A DNA stretch of 63,709 nt, the filler included, from Candidatus Nezhaarchaeota archaeon WYZ-LMO8 (lineage in GTDB: Archaea; Thermoproteota; Methanomethylicia; Nezhaarchaeales; WYZ-LMO8), in NCBI GenBank assembly GCA_004347965.1. It is 4 parts of 3 records of this genome, joined end to end, with 100 filler letters (N's around TTAATTAATTAA, not from the genome) between each part and the next. Parts side by side here need not be neighbours in the genome. Positions count along the whole stretch, not along the records: positions 35,478 to 63,709 come from QNVF01000018.1; 3 more parts are not named here. One strand, written 5' to 3'. Under the pieces are notes generated by a model, which saw nothing but the letters and a program-made list of their open reading frames with translations, was not told the DNA's origin and did no database searches. The position numbers and the translations under genes were made by a program. Below are positions 58,339 to 63,709 of the stretch, one piece after another (the stretch's first letter is position 1; the number at the start of each line of letters is the position of its first letter).

Positions 58339-61182
58339 CTAGCTTTGAGACCAGTACATCCTCGTCCTGATGTAGTTCTTCTCGGCTTCTAGTATATCTT
58401 TAAAAAGTGTACCCTCACCTCTAGCGTCTTTAGCAAGTATTCTTGATGCTGTTTGAGGACCTACACCCCTTGCAGCTAGAACCATAACTGCCTTCTTCCC
58501 ATAGGTTAAAACCAGACTTGCTGACATTTGATATCTTTTAATCTCATCCACCTCTTGCTTGGTGAGCTTGCCTGACAGCTTCTTCCTAATTAACTTCTCA
58601 ATCTTATCGTCACTAGGCCATGTAACCGCTATGTACCTTGCCCCACACTTAGGGCACTTAATGTCTTCTGGCAGGTACTTGACTTTCCTAGAAGTTGTCC
58701 AGTTACCACAATACATACATACAAGCTTTACAGTTCTCTCCATAAGTCTCTCGAGGACTAGTTCGTCTAGGGTCTTGTCGCTACTGAGCCTTAATGGGAT
58801 CGCTTCGAGAGGGACGTATTTATTGAGTATCGGCGTGGCCAAAGGTGATGCCCTGTTCCCTCCTTCGAACCAAACTACTTCTATAATGTTTTTTCTGATC
58901 AGTTCTAGGATTTGTTTAAGGCCATCAACGTCAAACTTGTCTATCAGGACCTCCATTCTAGCAGCCCTATCAACAATTGTTCCTAGCAGGAACTTGTAAG
59001 CTTTAGAGAAAGCTTTTACGTTAGCATCCTTCTCTACGACTCCCATTCGCTTCGCAGCATGGAATAGTCTCCACAAGTAGACGTCGGATGACGGCATGAG
59101 GTTGTTCGTTAAAGAGTCCACGTCCTCTGGTGATAATTCACTAAGTAATTTAGCTACAAAGCTAGCTCTGATGTTTCGAGACGATATAAGTAGGACTCTG
59201 TACTGGTCTGCTCTATAGTGGATCATCGAGGAAATCGAGCTACTCAACATTGACGATAGTATGAGGCCAAGGAGCTCATTAACCTTGGATCCAAAACAGG
59301 CGTGAACCACGACGTAGTTGCCAAGTCCTTCAACCACGATCCTCTTATCGTGGGGGAACGGTAGACCTAGCTTTAAGTACTCCACCACGTCGCTCAAAGC
59401 CACTTTAATGGCTCTATCTGTTAATGGATAGCCTTCTAAAGCCTTCTTTAGGTCGAGCTTCTCTTTGTATAGCTCCTCGATACTTCTTCTGATGGAAGCG
59501 ACTTCTAACGCTACGTCCATGGGTACTGGTATGAGCTCCCCAATCCATGTTGGTATGGCCCCCTCAATGTCATCCGACGGTTCCACGTAGACCTTAGACT
59601 CCTCAACTCCTATGATCTTCCAAACCCTTCCTCCTAGTATTATGCTTAAAGTCTCCCTAACCTTTGTGACGACAAACTCCTCATCTAAAACCCCAACTTT
59701 CCGCTTGTCTGGTAGAGAGACTACATCGTACTTCTTCACGTCGGGTATCATTGACAAGTTATGGAGGTAAAACTCCATCGTCGCCCTACCGGCTCGCTTG
59801 AGCTTCGAGCCCACAAGCCTGATGACTCCTCTATCGTGGAGGAACTTCACGGTTTCAAGAAAGTCTTCGAGCGTTAAATTCCTGTAAGGATAAGCCCCCC
59901 TGATTATGCTTAGGGCTTCATTTACTTCTATAGCACCCTCATCCATCACGAGTCCTACTACCTGGTGTGCTAGAACGTCGAGAGCACGTTCATGAATCTT
60001 TATTTCCTCGAGCTTTTGGTTAAGTGCCCTCTTAGCTAAAACCGCTGACTCTATGACGTCATCCGATGAATAAGAGATTATTAGACCCCTTGCTACACCG
60101 CCTACTCTATGGCCTGATCGACCGATTCTCTGCAATAGAGGTGTTGATTGTCTAGGTGACATAAATTGTATTACGAAATCGACTGAGCCTATGTCTATTC
60201 CGAGCTCAAGAGATGATGTGCAAATTAAAGCCTTAACCTTACCCTCTTTGAAGTCTTCCTCTGCCTGAATCCTCTCATCTCTTGATAGTGAGCCATGATG
60301 AGCTCTTACTTCAAAGTCACTGGCTATAAGTGCCAAGCGCGAGGATAATAACTCAGTAGCTTCTCTTGTATTTGTGAAGACTAAGACGCTTCCATGCTTC
60401 CTTATTTCACTGGCTATCTTTAGCATCGCTGAAGACGCATGAGGAGTTACTTGAAGTATCGACGTGATCTCTTCATGACCACTAATAGAAGGAGAGTCAA
60501 CTATGATCTCCATCTTTCTGGGCATGGGAACGTAAACTAGATCTACCTCCTCATCGCTCCCTGCGAGGAATCTCTTAACGACATCTATTGAGCCAACAGT
60601 AGCAGATAATCCTATCCTCTGAAGACTCCTACCAGTTATCCTCTTTAATCTTTCAAGAGCTATGGATAGTTGGGTCCCCCTCTTATCAGCTACTAACTCA
60701 TGTATTTCATCTACTATAACCCACCTGACATTAATTAGGCTCCTCCTAAGAGTCCTGCCGATTAAGATTGCTTGTAAAGTCTCGGGTGTGGTTATCAACA
60801 TATCTGGAGGTCGTTGAGCTTGCTTTCTCCTAACATGCTGCGGAGTATCTCCATGCCTAACTTCAATGCTTAGACCAATATTCTCAGCTAGTTTCGACAA
60901 TCTCCCCCAGAGATCTCTATTCAATGCTCGAAGAGGCGTTACGTAGATGCACATTATTCCTCGGCATGTACCCTCCCTCTTCAGCCTTAACATCATGTCG
61001 AGGACTGGTAGTACTGCAGCCTCTGTCTTACCGGTTCCTGTTGGAGATACTATCAAGAGGTTCTTCCCAGACAATATTAGCGGTATGGCCTTCTCCTGGG
61101 GTTCCGTTGGCCTAGTAAAGCCTAGAGCTGCTAGCTCTCTCCTTATCTCCTCATTAAGCATCTCAAAGGCGTTCTTAGCCAT
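58339..61182 (-). CDS. lhr: Lhr-family SF2 helicase (archaeal form with C-terminal Zn finger)
   Basis: PTGTGKT, PLRALNRD, TTPETL, DEIH, SAT, HHGSLS, SSLELGID and QRIGRSGH motifs; C-terminal CxxC...CPKC. Confidence 0.93.
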   Translation of the reverse strand: MAKNAFEMLNEEIRRELAALGFTRPTEPQEKAIPLILSGKNLLIVSPTGTGKTEAAVLPVLDMMLRLKREGTCRGIMCIYVTPLRALNRDLWGRLSKLAENIGLSIEVRHGDTPQHVRRKQAQRPPDMLITTPETLQAILIGRTLRRSLINVRWVIVDEIHELVADKRGTQLSIALERLKRITGRSLQRIGLSATVGSIDVVKRFLAGSDEEVDLVYVPMPRKMEIIVDSPSISGHEEITSILQVTPHASSAMLKIASEIRKHGSVLVFTNTREATELLSSRLALIASDFEVRAHHGSLSRDERIQAEEDFKEGKVKALICTSSLELGIDIGSVDFVIQFMSPRQSTPLLQRIGRSGHRVGGVARGLIISYSSDDVIESAVLAKRALNQKLEEIKIHERALDVLAHQVVGLVMDEGAIEVNEALSIIRGAYPYRNLTLEDFLETVKFLHDRGVIRLVGSKLKRAGRATMEFYLHNLSMIPDVKKYDVVSLPDKRKVGVLDEEFVVTKVRETLSIILGGRVWKIIGVEESKVYVEPSDDIEGAIPTWIGELIPVPMDVALEVASIRRSIEELYKEKLDLKKALEGYPLTDRAIKVALSDVVEYLKLGLPFPHDKRIVVEGLGNYVVVHACFGSKVNELLGLILSSMLSSSISSMIHYRADQYRVLLISSRNIRASFVAKLLSELSPEDVDSLTNNLMPSSDVYLWRLFHAAKRMGVVEKDANVKAFSKAYKFLLGTIVDRAARMEVLIDKFDVDGLKQILELIRKNIIEVVWFEGGNRASPLATPILNKYVPLEAIPLRLSSDKTLDELVLERLMERTVKLVCMYCGNWTTSRKVKYLPEDIKCPKCGARYIAVTWPSDDKIEKLIRKKLSGKLTKQEVDEIKRYQMSASLVLTYGKKAVMVLAARGVGPQTASRILAKDARGEGTLFKDILEAEKNYIRTRMYWSQS

Positions 61183-61249
61183 GAGGTTTATCGAGCCTCA
61201 AACGCGTTTGGAAAACTTTAATTAAAAACTTCCCAATTAAGGTTAAGTC

Positions 61250-62320
61250 GTGGGAGCCTTTGAATCGTTTATTGAAAGGTATGGTCCCCAAATAGAGGAG
61301 GAGCTAGTAAGCTTCTTGAAGTTGAAGGCGAATGACGTTAAAGACGAGAGGAGGAGGCGGGTTATTGAAGAGATAGCTAGGTTCACTCTTAGTGGAGGTA
61401 AGAGGATAAGGCCTTCATTGATGATATTGGGCTACGCCGGTTCTAAGGGGATAATTGATAGTAGAATAGTGAAAGCATCAATATCGATCGAGCTTACTCA
61501 CTCCTACCTGTTAATTCACGATGATGTCATGGATCGAGATGAAGTTAGAAGAAATAGACCTACGGTCTGGAGAGCCTTCAGAGATCTACACTCGGAGATC
61601 TATGGACATGAGGATGCAGCTCACTACGGATATAGTATGGCTATAATAGCTGGAGATCTTTCTGCAGTTTATGCTGTTCAAGCATTATTGAGGTCGGGGT
61701 TTGAGTACGACGTTGTCCTAGAAGCTGTAGAAGTTCTACAAGACGTCATAGAGAAGACCGGACATGGACAGATTCTCGATATGACTCTAGAGAAGGAGTC
61801 TCTAGGCATGGTTAAAGAGAAGGACGTGCTTGAAGTTCATAGGCTTAAAACGGCAATATACACCATTGATGGTCCCCTAAGAATGGGAGGAGTTTTAGCG
61901 AGAGCCGATAGAGAACTACTAAATGCTTACTCGAAGTACGCGATCCCAGTGGGCATAGCATTCCAGCTACAGGACGATATCCTAGGAGTTTTTGGGGACG
62001 AGAAGGTTGTAGGTAAGCCTGTCGACTCAGACATTAAGGAGGGTAAGAAGACCTTGCTTGTGGTTAAAGCTTGGGAGAGAGCAACCCCAGAGCAGAGGAA
62101 GATCTTAGAGAGGACCCTCGGCAACAGGTATGCTTCAAACGAGGACGTTGAAATGGTTAGGGAGGTGATAAGGTCTACAGGTGCTCTCGATTACGTTCGC
62201 AAGCTGGCGCTGAAGTTGGCTGAAGAGGGCTCTTCAGCACTAGATGAAGCTGACATAAGCTATGACGTGAAGAAGATCTTGAAGGATCTCGCCAAGCTAG
62301 TGGTCGAGAGGATAAAGTGA
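61250..62320 (+). CDS. idsA: Trans-isoprenyl diphosphate synthase (GGPP synthase)
   Basis: GGKRIRP; HDDVMD (FARM, with Tyr at -5 indicating a short-chain product); GQILD; FQLQDD; SDIKEGK. Confidence 0.9.
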   Translation: MGAFESFIERYGPQIEEELVSFLKLKANDVKDERRRRVIEEIARFTLSGGKRIRPSLMILGYAGSKGIIDSRIVKASISIELTHSYLLIHDDVMDRDEVRRNRPTVWRAFRDLHSEIYGHEDAAHYGYSMAIIAGDLSAVYAVQALLRSGFEYDVVLEAVEVLQDVIEKTGHGQILDMTLEKESLGMVKEKDVLEVHRLKTAIYTIDGPLRMGGVLARADRELLNAYSKYAIPVGIAFQLQDDILGVFGDEKVVGKPVDSDIKEGKKTLLVVKAWERATPEQRKILERTLGNRYASNEDVEMVREVIRSTGALDYVRKLALKLAEEGSSALDEADISYDVKKILKDLAKLVVERIK

Positions 62321-62478
62321 GTGTTAGCAAGAGTGTATCGCTTACAGGTTGAGGTATCAATACCCTCTTGCTATTTGGGTAACAATCGCGTAAGTCGGGA
62401 AGAGAACACTCAAAACAATTATAGTAGCTGCTGAGTAAGTTAAATTTGGGCTATGATGTCGGTTAAAAGCGATGAGGG

Positions 62479-63378
62479 GTGATTGGCTCTACCATGCTGA
62501 GCCCCGAGATTCCTATCAGAGCTGATAGGCTTAGAGAGAGACTATTAAGAGAGGCTACGAAACGAAGGGTGACTGTAGCCATAGGGATAGGCCTAGAGCG
62601 TGAAGATTATCCAGGAAAGGTGTTAAGAGACTCGAAAAAGGCCGTGGAGCAGGGGCTTGCTTACGTAAAAATTGTTGGCAGTGAAGAGGCAGTTGGTAGA
62701 ATATCTAAGCTGTGTGACAGTGCCGTTGAAGTAATAGCTACACGCGAGCCTGAGAGCACCATAGTTGAGATGTTAGCGAAGGGTGAAGTGGAAGCTGTTG
62801 TTCGAGGAACCCTTTCAGCGAATAAGACGTTAAGGGAGTTGAAGAGAGTCTTTGAGCTTAAGAGGGTTCATCGTGTAGCTGTGTTAGAAACTCCAGATCA
62901 CACTGTGTTCTTTTTGGCGCCTGTTGGCGTGGACGAGGGGAACGACGTTGAGGATAAGGTTGAGCTGGTTAAGGGTGGTGTAAGGTTGTTGAGAGCTCTT
63001 GGAGTGAGACCGATCGTAGCCGTCTTATCGGGTGGGAGACTAGAGGACTATGGTAGGGACGCCATGGTGGATGAAACGTTAAGGCAGGCAGAGGTGGTCG
63101 TAGACAGAGTTAGGAGGGAGTGCAGCATTGAAGCCTACCATCAAGGCATATTAATTGAGGATGCCGTTAAATGTGCTACACTAGTCATAGCTCCTAATGG
63201 GATGACCGGTAACATAATATTCAGGGTCTTGACGTTGATAGGAGGTGGAGGTGCCTTTGGGGCCCCAGTTGTAGACTTGCTACCTAAGGTGTTCGTCGAT
63301 GTCTCGAGAGCTATGGAAAACTACATCGGCTCAATACTCTTATCAGCAGCTCTAGCTAATCTCGCTCTACCCTTCTGA
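62479..63378 (+). CDS. mtxX: Methanogenesis marker protein 4 (MtxX; phosphate acetyltransferase-like fold)
   Basis: AVVRGTLSA, LAPVGVDEG, LSGGRLEDYGR, ILIEDA, GNIIFR and FVDVSR motifs. Confidence 0.85.
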   Translation: MIGSTMLSPEIPIRADRLRERLLREATKRRVTVAIGIGLEREDYPGKVLRDSKKAVEQGLAYVKIVGSEEAVGRISKLCDSAVEVIATREPESTIVEMLAKGEVEAVVRGTLSANKTLRELKRVFELKRVHRVAVLETPDHTVFFLAPVGVDEGNDVEDKVELVKGGVRLLRALGVRPIVAVLSGGRLEDYGRDAMVDETLRQAEVVVDRVRRECSIEAYHQGILIEDAVKCATLVIAPNGMTGNIIFRVLTLIGGGGAFGAPVVDLLPKVFVDVSRAMENYIGSILLSAALANLALPF

Positions 63379-63709
63379 GCTTGCTTAACCGACTTCAAGA
63401 TCTCATTAACGCATGGTTCAAGGTTGAAGCGCCAGCTAAATCCGTCGTAGCAATGGTACGGTAAGGCCTTACCTGATGACGTCTTTGCATTGATGATGTA
63501 TAGCGCGTAATCTCTAACTACACCATAATCCCTTAAGGAGTCTAGAAGGCTCGTGAAGTTGAAGAACTCTTCGTATGGAAGAGAGCCCGATATTATTGTT
63601 GAAGGATGAGATGAAAGGTCATAGAGTGAGTACGAGTAAGCTATGGGCTTCCTGTGGAGAGATTTGATAAATGCTCCAAGTGCCTTATGGCTTTCAAATG
63701 TTATGTCTA
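63321..63709 (-). CDS. 3' part of an ORF entering from beyond the window, possibly a long archaeal Lrp/AsnC-related regulator
   Basis: Open minus-strand frame of about 128 codons (DITFESHKALGAFIKSL...LPYHCYDGFSWRFNL...EPM*); not in the ORF track; overlaps the mtxX end. Confidence 0.6.
   Translation of the reverse strand, partial: DITFESHKALGAFIKSLHRKPIAYSYSLYDLSSHPSTIISGSLPYEEFFNFTSLLDSLRDYGVVRDYALYIINAKTSSGKALPYHCYDGFSWRFNLEPCVNEILKSVKQAQKGRARLARAADKSIEPM

Overview
Archaeal genomic DNA, most likely from a metagenome bin. It is four separate contigs (1-2000, 2101-4847, 4948-35377, 35478-63709) joined by artificial 100-nt N/TTAATTAATTAA/N linkers, so adjacency across linkers means nothing. 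Gene content points to a thermophilic Thermoproteota (TACK) archaeon: a CdvB/ESCRT-III paralogue, crenarchaeal PGI/PMI, a Sulfolobus-style LysW-dependent Arg/Lys cluster, an aKMT-like methyltransferase and a long Trm112. It also carries methanogen-associated genes (methanogenesis markers 4 and 8, DUF2117), consistent with a Nezhaarchaeales/Methanomethylicia-like lineage (inference). Contig 2 holds an RNA-metabolism block (aCPSF1 3' end, PUA protein, Lsm, L37e, tRNA-Ala). Contig 3 is accessory and catabolic: acyl-CoA dehydrogenases, a lactonase next to 4-hydroxybutyryl-CoA dehydratase, a Liv-type ABC importer with a pair of class III CoA-transferases, HEPN-MNT, pseudogenes and transporters. Contig 4 is mostly housekeeping (argGH-argX-lysYZJK-lysM-lysW-lysX, rtcB, sucCD, uppS, lhr, idsA). 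The most unusual item is a 944-aa HerA/FtsK-type ATPase fused to a long coiled coil and a C-terminal array of nine CxxC-x4-Cxx(H/C) zinc-binding repeats. No CRISPR array, rRNA or intact mobile element was seen. All family calls come from motif recognition by eye, not database searches.
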